A stretch of 64,000 bases of DNA from the human T2T-CHM13v2.0 reference genome, Homo sapiens (GCF_009914755.1 NC_060934.1), one strand, 5' to 3'; positions 40,860 through 54,820 are shown, counted from the first letter of the stretch. Notes: generated by a model from the letters alone, not told the origin. Program-made: numbers and translations.

Positions 40860-42350
40860 ATGTTTTTAACAATTCTCTAATTAGAAAAATGAGCAGGAAC
40901 AGAAGAAAAGGTGCATGAATAGGAATCTCAATTAGCAGAAGAAATACAAACAATCAAAAACGTATTTTAAAAGGGTCAAAATTACTGAAAAAAATACAAA
41001 TTACAATACAAGTGCAAGTTGAAGAAATAGAAAAATACTTTTCTCCAACCAGCAACGGTTTTTTAAAACTAGAATATAAACTATTAATCCTAATGGGAGT
41101 GTAAAGGTATAAAAATCTTTTAGCTGGGTACGATGCCTCACACCTGTAATCCCAGCACTTTGGGAGGCTGAAGTAGGTAAGTCACTTGAGCCCAGGAGTT
41201 TGAGAGCAGCCTGGCCAACATGATTTAAAAAAAAAAAACAAAAAGAAAAAGAAAAAAAAATCTCTACCAAAAAAAAAAAAAAATACAAAAATTAGCCCGG
41301 TGTTGTGGTGCACACCTATAGTCCCAGCTACTCAGTAGGCCAAGGTGGGAGGATCACTTGAGCCCTAGAGTTCAAGGCTGCAGTGAGCTGTGATTGCGCC
41401 ACTGCACTTTAGCCTGGGTGACAGTGAGACCCTGTCTCAAAACACAAAAACAAAAAACAAACAAAAAAAACTTTTGAAGGGTTGTTTGAAAAGGAGAATC
41501 AGAAGGCCTAAACGCATTGGTACTTTTGACCCAGCAATTCTACTTCTAGAAATTTATTCTAAAGAGATAACTCACGATGTATATAAACATCTAGCTACAG
41601 AGATGATTCCAGCATCATTGTTTATAAAAGCAAAACAGAAAGATTGAGGTTCATGCCTGTAATCCCAGCACATTGGGAGGCCAAGGCGGGTGGATCACCT
41701 GAGGTCAGGAGTTCGGGACCAGCCTAGGCAAAATGGCGAAACCCTGTCTCTACGACACATACAAAAATTAGGTGGTGCATGTGCCTATAGTCCCAGGTAC
41801 TCAGGAGGTTAAGTGGGAGGATCACCTGAGCCCGGGAGGCGGAGGCTGCAGTGAGTAGTAGTTGTGCCATTGCACTCCAGTCTGGGTGACAAAGCAAGAT
41901 AAGGAAGGAAGGAAGGGAGGGAGGGACGGAGGGAGGGAGGGAGGCAGGGAGGGAGGGGAGAGATTGAGAAAAAATTCTGTATGTCCAACAATAGGAGATT
42001 GCTTAAATAAATTATGGTGCATCTATACAACAGTGTATAAAGCAACTTAAATTGGTTTTGTATAAGAATGTTTATTACATAAGCATCTTTATTGTCATAG
42101 AGAAAGGTTCATGGTACTAAGTGAAATTCAAACAGAAGCAGGTTCAAGCCAGTAGGTACAGCATTTTCAGGAGAAGAAAAATGTTGCAAACATGCCTAGA
42201 AAAGGTGTGGGAATATCATACAACAGAATGTTCACAACAATTACTTCTAGGCAATGGGATTACTGGACATTTTTACTTCTACTTGCTGTATGCATTTTCT
42301 AAATGTTTTCCAGTGGATGGGAATTAGCTGTGTAGTTAAGGAAAACATTT
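40860..42350 (+). mobile_element. L1ME-like remnant with two inserted Alus (41122-41470; 41646-41960 with (GGGA)n tail)
   Basis: tttgacccagcaattctacttctagaaattta; tgtccaacaatagg...aataaattatggt; Alu consensus blocks. Confidence 0.8.
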
Positions 42351-42639
42351 CATGTTAAACCATTATCTCCCTTTCCACCACCTCAAGGGCACCCCAGTGC
42401 CTGCTGAATATGTTTGAGTGAACTCATACATGTTTCAACCACGACCTTGGGGTACATCTCAGCTCCGGACCCCTCCCACCCACAGAGCCACTATCTCTTC
42501 CCACTTTCCCTCCCTTCCCATTCTCAAGGCCATAGCCTGCATCCTCATGCTCCAGGACTCGAACTCTGAGAGGTCCTCCTGCTTCCTGCTTCTACAGATC
42601 CTAAGCATCACAGGTCTTCACTGTAACAGTCCTCTGCTG

Positions 42640-43745
42640 AGAAACTATCAATAGCTCCCCATTTCCTTAGGGATATGTTTCAAATGTTTCAGCTTGACTT
42701 CCACTGTTCCAAGCTTATTTCAATCCTGTCATTACCATTCTGCAAAGTAAACCAGAGTAAATCTCCAACTCCAGACACATCACAAACATTCCTCACCTTT
42801 GCTGACACTGTTCATTCTACCTGAAATACCTTCTCTTGCATCCCAGCATCTGCAAATCCAAGGCATCCTTCCAGACCCGCCTCAGAGCTTACCAACTCCC
42901 TCACCAGGAAGTCTTCCTTGAGTTGACTGCTACCCTTTCTGAATCCCTCTGGTATCTCATTGACTGAGTTTTCCATTTGACAAATACCGGTTGGGCACCC
43001 ACCATGTGCTGGCACTATGCTCCTGACTGTGAAGCAAAATCAGTCTCGTTTATACTCCTTGGAGCTCATTGTCCAATGCAGAGACAGTCATTGAACAATA
43101 ATACTCACATCAGTAATAGACCCAGTTACAGATCGTAAAGAGTGCTTTTCAGAAAAACAAAGGCGATGAGAAACTTGAAAGGGGACCTGATTGAGACTGG
43201 GGACTGGGAAGGCCTCATGGGGGAAATGACATGTAAGCTGAGTCCTGGAGGATGAGTCAGAGTTGACCACACATAGAGTCCAGAGACATTTCCAGGCAGG
43301 AAGAAGAACCGATGTGAGCTGGAACCTGGCAGGTAAGGGGAGGGAGGCTGAGTCATAGGGACAAGCAATGACCAGAGCACCCCGGGGCCTGCTGATTGCT
43401 CTTATCCCAAGTGCAATGGGGTGACATTAAAGGATCCTAAGCAGGTCTGATCTTGCAAACGTGATCACACATGAGTTTGAGAAAGATCACTCTGCAATGT
43501 GGAAAACAGATTTTGGGAGGCAAGAGTAGCGTCAAGGAGGCCAGTTCAGCCACTACTGCAGCAGCCCAGGTGTGAGCTTGGACCAGTGGCAGTGGGGATG
43601 GAGAGAAGTGGACGGGCTCAATTTGGAAACAGAATTGACAGCACTTGTGTTGGGCGGGGTGAGAAGAAGAGGGAAGTCAGGTGTCCAGGTAGCAACTGGG
43701 TTTCTGGTTTAGGGACCTGGGTGGACTCTGGTACCAGTGTGGTAT
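42640..43745. mobile_element. L2 fragments
   Basis: tgtgctggcac...ggagctcattgtc...gaaggcctc...aaagatcactctg...gggacctgggtgg. Confidence 0.75.
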
Positions 43746-45462
43746 CTGCACCCATGAGGCCCAGTCCTTAGTGAGCCAAGGAGGACAGGACAGGAAACCA
43801 GCCCTGACTCCACAGGGAGGAGAGGCGACCCTGCGACCTGAAAAAGAGTTAAGAAGGAAGGTAGCTTGAGGCTGTTGCTGTGGGAAGCCAGCTCACAGGA
43901 CTCACATCGACTCCAGGCCAGTAACCTGGGTGGGAGGCAGGGAAAGAGGCTGGGTGCAAATTGCAGGATGAGACAGAAGATAAGTGGCCCAGCTGGCAGA
44001 GCAGGCAAAGACTCAGGGCTGAACATCTCCACTCAAGTGCTCATGCGGGCGAGCTTGAGAATATTTATTGGTAATTGGCAGAAGTGGTTAGAGGTGGCGT
44101 GATCACAGATAGGTCTGTAACCAATCAGCAGGAAAGCTCTGTTCCTGTTGCTATGTTTGCATCCAGGCAGAACCGTATTATGAGCAGGCTGAGAGGGTAC
44201 CATGAGAAACCTGCTTCTACACATTTGGTTTATGTGTCATCCTCTCCCTGCTTCATGGGTGAGAGCAAGTGAGCTGTGGAGCAATAAATTATCACTTGCC
44301 ACATGCTATGTATCCCAGGAGAACTCTTAGCAGCCCTGAGAGGGAGAGATTAGCATTCACAGGCCAGTGAGGTTGTTACTTATAAGGAAATTCTAAAATA
44401 GGGAATAATACTATGAGTAATAATAATAATAGCAAGCAGAAGAGCCAGCAGTTAATGACTGCTTGCTAAACACTTCGTGTTCACTGCCTCATTTAATCCT
44501 CAAACAAGATTATATGATGGGTTTCAATATCGTTATTTTCCAAATGAGGAAACTGAGGCTCAAAGAGATTAAGAGACTTGGTCAAAACTACACAGGAAAT
44601 AAGGGGGGCAGAGGCAGGTTTAAAGCCATGGGCTGCGTGATACCAAAAAGAATCTCTACAACAGGATGCTCACTGCTTCTGCTCTTTATCAGCCAAGCCT
44701 CCTTGGGAAAGATTGGCCATCGAAGTCTTCTCCCTGTGGAGGTGAGGAGAGTGGTTGGACCCATCACCCTCAACTGACCTGATACCCATGCACTGACCCT
44801 GGGCCTTCTGGAAGAGGGGTAGAGGAACAGAGACGGGGACAGGTGCATTTTGACACCTGGTATTATTCATTTATTCTTCCCTATGCTTTAGGACAGAGTA
44901 CTTGGAAAGCCAGAATTCTCTCGTCCTTGTCAGATTCCTAGACAAGGATAAAGAAAAAGATAGGGAGACGGTCATGGGCTTTGGTGCTCAGGGAACATAT
45001 ACACAAATGTGACCTTCAGACTGGGCAGCATGGAGAAGCTCGTTCACTGGGGGTGGAGGCAGCCAGGCAAAGCTGGAGGCCCCAGGGTTGAAGAGGTCAC
45101 ATGGCGTAGAGGGGAAAACAGGGATTAGAGGTCTCAATGTCGTGTGCAGGTCTTAGCCCAGGCTCTCCCCTATGCAAGCAACCTGACCATGGCCTGTAAT
45201 GCCCCTGAGATCATGTGAGCCCAGGCCATCTCCTGCGAGTGCTCCCATCAACTCCTAGGGGTTGGGAGAAGCCACCAGCTGAATGGAGGCTCAGGCCCAA
45301 AGCCACTTATATGTCTCCAAATAGCCAGGGGCTGGTTTCTTCGGTAGGGCTCAGACATCTGGTTGGCTTGCAGGGAACCAAATGCCTTAGCCTAATGCCA
45401 TCCTCAGTGAGGCCACTGAGATTCATGGAAGATTTAAGTTTTAGGTCAAAGTCTCTGGGTAT

Positions 45463-45718
45463 AGCTGGGCATGGTAGCTCAGGCCTGTAATCACAGCACT
45501 TTGGGTGGCTGAGGTGGGCAGATCACTTGAGGCCAGGAGTTCAAAACCAGCCTGGCTGATATGGCGAAACTCCATCTCTACTAAAAATACAAAAATTACC
45601 CTGATGTGGTGGTGCCTGCCTATAATCCCAGCTACTCAGGAGGCTGAGGCACAGGAATCACTTGAACCCAGGAGGCAGAGGTTGCAGTGAGCTGGGATCC
45701 CACCACTGCACACACACA
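45463..45718 (+). mobile_element. Alu lacking its 3' end and poly(A)
   Basis: TSD aaagtctctg(g/a)gtat at 45448-45462 and 45719-45733. Confidence 0.9.
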
Positions 45719-45816
45719 AAAGTCTCTGAGTATAGATGAGCTATCAGAATTGGCACCATTAGAAAACATAAATCCCTTAAAATCCCATAAACCCCTTAAA
45801 AATCACCAGGCTTTGA

Positions 45817-46522
45817 GTATTAGTCCATTCTCACACTACTGTAAAGATACTGCCTGAGGGCCAGGAGCAGTGGCTCACACCTGTAATCCCAGCACTTTGG
45901 GAGGCCGAAGTGAGCAGATCACGAGGTCAGGAGATTGAGACCATCCTGGCTAACACGTTTCACCGTGTCATCTCTACTAAAAATACAAAAAATTAGCCAG
46001 GCGTGGTGGCGGGCCCCTGTAGCGCCAGCTACTCGGGAGGCTGAGGCAGGAGAATGGCGTGAACCTGGGAGGCAGAGCGTTCAGTGAGCCGAGATCGCAC
46101 CGCTGCACTCCAGCCTGGGCGACAGAGCGAGACTCCGTCTCAAAAAAATAAAAAATAAATAAATAAATAAATAAATAAATAAAAGATACTACCTGCGACT
46201 GGGTAATTTATAAGCAAAAGAGGCTTAATTGACTCGCAGTTCTGCATGGAGTCTGATGGAGAAGCCTCAGGAAACTTACAATCATGGTGGAAGGTAAAGG
46301 GGAAGCAGGCACATCCTACATGGGAACAGGAGAGAGAGAATGCACAGAGGAAACAGCCACTTTTAAACCATCAGGTCTTGTGAGAACTCGCTCACCATCA
46401 CGAGAACAGCATGAAGGAAACCACCCCCATGATCCAATCACCTCCCACCAGGTCTCTCCCTTGACACGTGGGGATTACAATTCCAGATGAGGTTTAGGTG
46501 GGGACACAAAGCCAGATCACTT
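45817..46522 (-). mobile_element. MSTA-like LTR interrupted by AluY
   Basis: gtattagtccattctcac...gcctcaggaaacttacaatcatgg...gggacacaaagccag. Confidence 0.85.
45859..46180 (+). mobile_element. AluY with internal micro-inversion
   Basis: AluY diagnostics; TSD aaagatact(g/a)cctg. Confidence 0.95.
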
Positions 46523-47105
46523 TGGTTGTTCAGATATTTAGTTTCCTGCCACTTGGAAACCTTGCTGGATTTCTGTGGGATGACAATAATTTTAAAAATA
46601 GTATTTACTGGATGCTTACCATGTTCAGACATGATTCTAAGTGCTTTCTCTGTATTAATCACTAAATCCTCATAATAACCCTATGTGGGTAGATATTAGT
46701 AACCACATTCATAGATAAGGACAGTGTCCCAGCAAGCCTAGGCAGGTTTGCCTACAGCCGTGGAGTGGTAGAGCCAGTATTTGAACCCAGGAAATTTGCC
46801 TCTAGCACCCGCTGCTTTGCCCACAGGCTGTCTCAGAAGTATGGAAAGCAGTGCTGTTCATACAATTCAGTTCACTCCACACACTTGTTGGGGCATAACA
46901 AGTTCTTCAAGGGCCACATAACTCTAGCACTGTATATTTCATATTTATTGAGTGCTTCTGTTTTCTAGGCATGGTACCAAGTGCCTTCATATACAAGCCT
47001 GTTAATCAGAGTTTCTATTAACGGCATGATACACAAACGGACACTGAGGCTTTGAAGGCTGAGGGACTTGCTCCAGGTCTCACCGTTAGAAAGTGACAGA
47101 GCTGA

Positions 47106-47420
47106 GGCTGGGCGCGGTGGCTTGTGCCTGTAATCCTAACACTTTGGGAGGCTGAGGCGGGTGGATCATGAAGTCAGGAGTTTGAGACCAGCCTAGCCAA
47201 CCTGGGGAAACCCTGTCTCTACTAAAAATACAAAAATTAGCCAGGCATGGTGGCGGGCGTCTGTAATCCCAGCTACTCAGGAGGCTGAGGCAGGACAATC
47301 AATTGAATCCGGGAAGTGGAGGTTGTAGCGAGCTGAGATCGTGCCACTGCACTCAGGCCTGGATGACAGAGCGAGACCCCATCTCAAAAAAAAAAAAAAA
47401 AAGAAAAAAAAAAAGAAAAA
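47106..47420 (+). mobile_element. Alu (AluS-like) inserted in a MIR
   Basis: TSD aaagtgaca(g/a)agctga. Confidence 0.93.
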
Positions 47421-49934
47421 AGGAAAGTGACAAAGCTGAGAAGAAAAACCTAAGTCAGCCCAATTCCAAAGCATGGGTACAGAACCACAACATGTCAGCA
47501 AGGTCTTTGTTCTCCACAGTCTGGGGAGGGGCCAGGTGCTCAAATAACCATAGTCCAGGCTGGGGAGTGCCCTGAGAATGGCTGGAGAACCAGTGGTCAG
47601 CTGGATGGCCAGAGCTGAGGTGCTGCTGCATGAGATGCCCTGCTGACCTGTCTATAATCAGCTTCCATCTAGGAGCCTCTTCTGCTGAGCAGGCTGAGCC
47701 TAGCACTGGGTAGGAGGCTCCCCAAGGGCAGGGTTGAGTCTAACCAGCACTTAGACCCTCAGCACCCATGCCAGGCCCACATGCCAGGTGCACTGCATAT
47801 CTGGGGCTGTGTGGATGGCTCGGTGGCATCATGCCTGTCCCCACTCCTCTCCTCTCGCTGTGTGGGACAGCAGAGGAAAGGATGCTCTCCCAACACACAT
47901 GCCACCCTGAGGGAAGGGTGTGCTGCACTGATCACTACACTACTGGGCGGGAGAGAAAAGGAAAAAACAAGTTCCACTGATGTAAGACTTGGAGACCTAC
48001 CTTTGATTATGTTGTTGTGGACTTTTCTGTCTACCAAATATGGGCTCTGTCCACAGAGGCATCAAAGGATGAGCAAGGTCAGGGAGAAAATCTAGGCCTG
48101 AAGCTCAGTTTCCTCATATACAAAATGGCAGCCATTGCAGCTGCTTGTCTGCTCTGGGGGCTGTGCTGAGGGTCAGTGGGTGGTGTTCTTGCTGTCATTC
48201 AGCTCCCAGAGCAGCCCCCTCCAAGAGGGGCCTGATACGTCTTCCTTCCTGGTCCCCCCTTTCCCAGACTCTGGCACCCCAGTGTGAGACCTGGCCACTA
48301 TTGAGAACTCTAGGCTCTGCTTGGCATTGGATGGCCACACACTCCACACCTGCTTGGCTGAGCTGAATTCTCAGCTCGAGCAGCTGTGCCAGCCAGCCAA
48401 CTGTTCCTCAGGGGCTAAGGCCATGAGCTGCCTCCCCCAGCTCTGCCCCTGGCCCTGCCCTCATCTGCATTTACTTAAAATCTTTATTGAGATATAACTC
48501 ACATGCCATAAAATTCACCCTTCACTACTTTTGAGACTCTGTTTAACCACAATGATCAGGTCTGAAATTAAGAATCTCTAACCCTAACTATACTAGATGA
48601 AATAAATTACTCATTTATTGCAAAAATTCAATTTCCTCTACAGCATTTCAACAAAAGAGTTCAAGAAGTGCTGTGAGCACCTGCTCTGTACTCTGATAAT
48701 GTATATATCATTATATACTTGCCTTGTGCCAGATACTGTGCTCAGCACTTGACAAACATTGTATTATTTAATCCTTATAGCAATCCTGAAAAGTGGATAT
48801 TACTAGTTCTTTTTTTCCCTGAGGCTCAGGGAAGTTGAGTAACATACTCAAGGTCACACAGCCTTGCCTAGGTGGCAGATTTGGAATCTAGGTCTGGCCT
48901 GCATCAGAGCCTGTGCTCTTAACTGGCTCACACCCTGCCCCATTGCATGGTGGTGTGTGAAATTGTGTAGAGAAGGTGGACTAGATTCTGCACCTGTATC
49001 ATCTGGAGAAACAAAAAAGACAAACATTTAACTCCAATATTGCCCTGAAATATTTTAATTCCATCAAATCAGCACCTGCCCATCAGCAAGGACATCATAA
49101 CAAGTTAGAATGGAAATAAAGATGTAAAAATATCAGCCACCCTTACCTAGGTGTGGCCCATGGTGTGGGAGTCTGATGGGCAGGTGGAGTACCAGAGAGA
49201 TGGCAGCTCACATTCTGGGGATGGGTCATGCCAGGGAGACAAGCTTCCAGGAGGCACCATGTGAGCCTCATCTCTGCTTAAAAACCAGGATGCCCGCCCT
49301 GCCATGAAGGTTGGCGACTCCAGAGGAGCACTGCCCAGGTCTCTACAATCTTCCCAATGCCACTCTGGGCACTTTTAGGAGTCCCTGGCACACTGGCCCA
49401 GAGCTGCTTCAGTTTCTAGGCTGACAGTAACATGAGGGCTGCTGGCAACAGCTGCCCCAGAGAGGGCTCTTGGTGAGCCCCAAAATGAAACCTGATCGGT
49501 AGGATGTCTTGGAGAGAATGGCAGAGTGAGGTGAAACACCAAATTCCAGGCAGAAGTAAAGTCTGAAGTGTGGGCTTACCCTCACTACTGGTTCCTGAGC
49601 CATAAGACAAGAGGGACCACCAGCTATATTTATCCTATCCTAACATGGGACCCACAGCTGTGAAGAAGGCCCTGGTATTTACCAAGCCATCCACTGAAAA
49701 GTGAAGCTGGCTATCAGGCAGTTCCCTTAGATTTAATAAACCCAAAATGCTATACAGCATTTTCATATCATTTGAGCCTCATGTAGACAATTTTTGAGTC
49801 ACATACCCTCAGCTCACCTCTGGGCAGTTCCATGCCTCTGCCACATGTCTCCCCACCTTTCTGCTTGAGAACTTTTTCTAAATCTGTAGAGCCCTCTATT
49901 CCTGGATATTCAGGGAAGTTAATGCCTCGGGGAA

Positions 49935-50502
49935 TGTGGCAAGTCATCTTTTCCAAAACTGGCCGCAATGACATCTCTCATTTCATGTGCCCTTTTAACA
50001 ACATGATATTGACATGCCTCCCACTGGAGAGGTGGGTCTGTGCTCTCCCACCTTGAATCTGGGAGGGCTTGTGGCCGTGATGGAAGTGATAATGTGTGAC
50101 TCTGAGGCAAAGCCATCAAAGGTCACACAGTTTCCATTTGGTTCTCTTGGGATGCTTGCACTTAGAATCCAGCTGCCATGCTTCGAGGACACCCACATAG
50201 AGAGACCACATGGAGAAGCCACCTATAAGTGTTCTGGCCAACAGGTCCCAGGCAACAGACAGCCTCAACAGCCAGACACATGAGCGAATGAGCCTTCAGA
50301 TAACTTCAGAACCCACTTGTTGAGTCACCCCAGCCTGTAAGTCTTCCTAGCTGAGGCTTAGCCATCATGGAACAAAGACAAGCCTCCCCTGCTGTGTCTT
50401 TTCTACATTCCTAATCAACAGAATCATGAACATAATAAAACAGAGGTTGTTCTACCCCACTGGTCTGGAATGCTTTCTTACAGAGGAATAGAAACTAGAG
50501 CA
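49935..50502 (+). mobile_element. MLT1H-like solo LTR
   Basis: tgtggcaag...ttttccaaaactggcc...ccttgaatctggg...aatagaaactagagca. Confidence 0.8.
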
Positions 50503-50519
50503 AGGAGCAGACAGTGAAG

Positions 50520-50792
50520 GGCAGCAGGCTTTGGATAAATGCTGCAGCCTCCTATTCTCTGGGCAGATAATTTGGGAGGCATTCTGTAAGCTCCTCAAAG
50601 GCGCTCCCAGTGGGGTCAGGGGCCCATTGCCTAAAGCAGCTACCTTGATTCCACTCCCTTCATTGGATTTCCTTCCTCCCTGTCTCATTCCTCCTGCTCC
50701 CTCAACCCTGCTTCCTGGGATCACCTTCCACATGAACTATCTACACCAAAGTCCTTGTGTAAGGCTCTTCTTTCTGAAGAATCCAACTAAAA
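50520..50792 (+). mobile_element. LTR16-like ERVL fragment
   Basis: ggataaatgctgcagcctc...gcttcctgggatcaccttcc...aatccaactaaaac. Confidence 0.7.
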
Positions 50793-50800
50793 CTGGCCTT

Positions 50801-51287
<487 letters not shown>

Positions 51288-54200
51288 TTAAAACTTGTGG
51301 GTGAGGATAGGCAGGCAGGCAGGAACAGTCCTCCCAAGCTTTGCTGTCAGAGGCATGGTGGTTGGAAGAATGCCTTGTGATTTACTGCCAGTTGAACCCT
51401 TAGCTGTATTGACAGCATCAGAAGAAAAACAACTGGCAGAGCTATGGATGACCAGACAGAGAACACCCCCCAGAAGCCCCATGCCCCTCACCAGCCCCAG
51501 GCCAGGAGGGCTTCACAGACTAACTTCCACTCCCCCGTCACTTGATTTAAAAGTCATCCCTTTTTACAGCATCAAATAGATTGTCTATTAGCAAATTTAA
51601 ATTTTCCAGCTTAAAACCTGCTTTAAGGTCAGCATGAAGATATTCTTTCCATCAGTTTCTAGAAAATCCATTTATAAAAAGTATCTAACTATATTTCAAG
51701 CACTGTTCTAAGTACTTTATCAGGAATCATCCCCATTTACAAATGAGGAAGCTAATGCCCAGAGAAATCAAGTGATTTGCCCAAGGATACACAGCTTGTA
51801 AGTGGCAGAGTAAATGGTAAAAATGGTATTAAAAATTGCAAAAGTAGTGAAATGGTAAAATTAGAAATGGTAAAATTACCAGTTTGTTCAGCTTCTGAGA
51901 GGTTGGGCTAGAACCAAAGATCATAGACTCATAGAACACTGGATAGGAAGCAGCCAGGGGGCTCACACTGAAGTGCTTGCAAGGTATGAAGTAGGCCCAG
52001 GGCAAGACGGTTGATGAGGACCAAGAGCACAAGCTCTCTGGACATGTCACTTTGTAATTCTAACAAGGCAGACATTTTCATTCTGCAGGTAAGGAACTGA
52101 GGCCCAGAGAGGAGGGGAGTCGTCCCGGTAACACAGATCCTGAAAAGCCAGGAACAGATTCAAGACCCTCCCCTCTGCATTCTGAGTCCACAGTAGGAAT
52201 GGAGACCCACACCAAGAAGGGACAGTGGGAGGTGTTTTAGCTTTGCAGCCCTGAGGCAGGTCCTAAAAGGAGAGCTTCTGGCCAGAAGAGTCAGGGAGTT
52301 AGGATTTCACTGAGATAGAATGGGAGGCTGCCCCTAAAGGTTTGCCTTAAATATGCAACCAGGAAATGCAGTGTCCCGCTAGCCAAGAGGCAAGTCCTTT
52401 CTCTGAGACTTCAGTACACTGATGAACTGCTTGCTGGCCTTCCAGACAGCTGTTCTCCAGGTCAGGCAATTTCCAAGAGGATGGGCGGACTGAGATGTTA
52501 CCTTTTCCCCCAGGTTGTCCTTATCATCGCCCTCTTCTGGCCACTCTTAGCATCAGTGTAGCCCAGGGAGAGGCCAATGAGTTGGGAGAATTCAAGGAGT
52601 CTGAGGAGGGTGCCTGCAGCTGGCTGAAGCCACACTGGCCATATCCTCTGCCTTCCAGCCCTGCCTGTGCATCCCATTCTGTCTGTGAAGAATCACAGAA
52701 TATGCGTGCCCCTGATTATCTTGCATTTTCTCTAAAATTACTGGGGAAAATGAGGCTGTAACAGGCAAGCCTGCCTCAGGGTTATCCTCCAAGGCTGAGA
52801 CGGGGAGCTGGCATGCCTCTTTCACATCTGGATTCACAAGTGCCCAGACCAGCACCCAGCATACTGGAGATGCACAATACATTCCTGAGCAAATCAATCA
52901 CTTCCCCACTCCGGGCCTCAGCGGCCCACACTGCCTCCCAGAGTCCCCAGGTCACACCCAGCAGGGTCTAGGATCTGACAAGTGGGGGAGGTGGTCCAGC
53001 CACTCCCTTTATCCCACACCTATTTTCCCAGCTTCAGTGGCCCTCTTTTCAGGGCCAGGCTGCCATTCCAATAGTGCTCTGGAGCCTCTTCTCCCTGGCC
53101 TTGAATTAGGTCCCATAAGGAACTCATGGTACCTGGGCCAGGCATGCTACCTGCTGAGGTTTTCTCCAGTTGTCCAGGAACCAACTCCTCTGCCCACCTT
53201 CCTAACTCAGAAGCCCCAAGAGATACAGCAGTAGGTAGATATTCTGCAGGAAACTCCCCTTACTAAGACCAGGCCCCTCAAGACTAGTTTGATCTCAAAC
53301 CTTCACAAGATTCTCAAGTCTCACAAACTCCTCCTGCCTCCTAGTAACCTGGTCTTCCCCAGACTTTACCCAGTTCTGACCCTCCCAACCCCCAGCCTAG
53401 ACCCGAGCCACTGCAGTGATAGAAACAATAAAAAATAACGACAATGCCATCATTTCACTTGCAGAGAATTTTCCCACAAATCACCTGAGTCCTCCTATAA
53501 TTACTGCCACCAATTTAGAGATGAGTAACCTGGAACTGATAGAGGTTTCCAGGGCGTGAAGGGGCAACCACTGGCCCACAGGCCCCGCAGAGACCTGGCC
53601 GGCCACAGCCCCGGGAAGGAGCACCTGCCTCGCCGAGGGTGGAGGTCGCGCTCTTCCCTCCCCATTCTTCTCTGCCGACCGCCAAGTGAAACGGGGCCCC
53701 ACAAAGCCGGAGATAAACACCACTACTCGCGGGACACTGGCCATGGGCCAGGAGCGTCTGTGCGAGCCTCTGAGCCCAGCATCTCCCTGGGAGCGTGAGC
53801 GTGAGCACCCCTCTGTCCGTGCTGGAACTGCCCCACACTCATCAGCTTGCTGGAACATGCGCTTGGCCCTTCGGAGGCTAACGCTTCAACGACTCCAGCT
53901 CGGAAGCCGCTCCCCTCAGGACTCACGAGCCGATCAGTGGCCCCGAGGAAGCGGGAGCTGCAGCGCCCGGGCGGCGATTGCGCCCGAAAGGCCCGTACGT
54001 CCTGGGGCGCCGCTTCCTGGAGGGATTAGAGCACCTGCCGGCTTCCATCTCCGCCCGCCCAGAGCGACCCTCAGGCCGGTACCGCTACAGGGAAGTTTCC
54101 GGCTATTCGAGTCTTGCTCATTCTCCCTCGGCGACCCCTTTCCTTTTGCCCGCTGTGACGCTTTTCTTTTTAAAATCTCCCAAGAGTAACCACAGATCTT

Positions 54201-54645
54201 GGGAAACTTTGCGCGAAACTTAAAAATGCTGTGAAATCGGAGCCAGGAACTCCATCTGAGCCTCGGAGCGCCGCGCCCAGTCCAGCTCTTCTGCTCCGGC
54301 CCGGAGCGTCTGGCGGTGGCCAGTGCTGCCCACTCGCTGTCAGGCGGCCCTGGCACCCACCCCGGCCCCTGGGCGCCCTCTCGGCCTCTGGCACCCGCTC
54401 TGATTCGCTTTGGGAACGCGCCAGCTGTCGCCCCCCGGTGCGCACCGCAAACCTGGGGCCGGGACATCCCAGCCTCGGAGTGGTTTTTAAGCAATTCCTC
54501 GGAGGCATTGTCTTCCGGGGGAGCCGGGGATCTCAGGGGAGGGGAGGGGAGACCCGCCCCATAGACGGTAGTGCAGGCTTGCCCACCACCTCATTTGCAT
54601 TTCAAAGGCAAACTTCTGCGGGACTTCCCCAGCGGCGGCACCTAC

Positions 54646-54820
54646 CGGCTTTGCAAGGGTCGTGGTAATGCTCCAGCTGCTGCTCCGTGCCCTCCTCGCC
54701 GTCCAGCTCTGAGTAGTCTGCGGTGGCGTCCGGGCGCTCCCCGAGTCCCCCGGCGCCGCGAGGCAGCGGCAGCAGCAGCAGCAGTGACACCAGGGCCCCA
54801 AGTGCAGTCGCCCGGGGCAT
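54646..54820 (-). CDS. TLL2: Tolloid-like protein 2, coding exon 1 (signal peptide + start of prodomain)
   Basis: ATG at 54820 in GCCACCATG context; translates MPRATALGALVSLLLLLPLPRGAGGLGERPDATADYSELDGEEGTEQQLEHYHDPCKA, the TLL2 N-terminus; 175 nt (phase 1) then donor G|GTAGGT at 54645. Confidence 0.97.

Noticed and set aside
51811-51880. Spaced AAATGGTA(AAA) repeats, superficially array-like
   Set aside because: Four short AT-rich units with irregular spacing at a MIR edge; slippage, not a CRISPR-like array.
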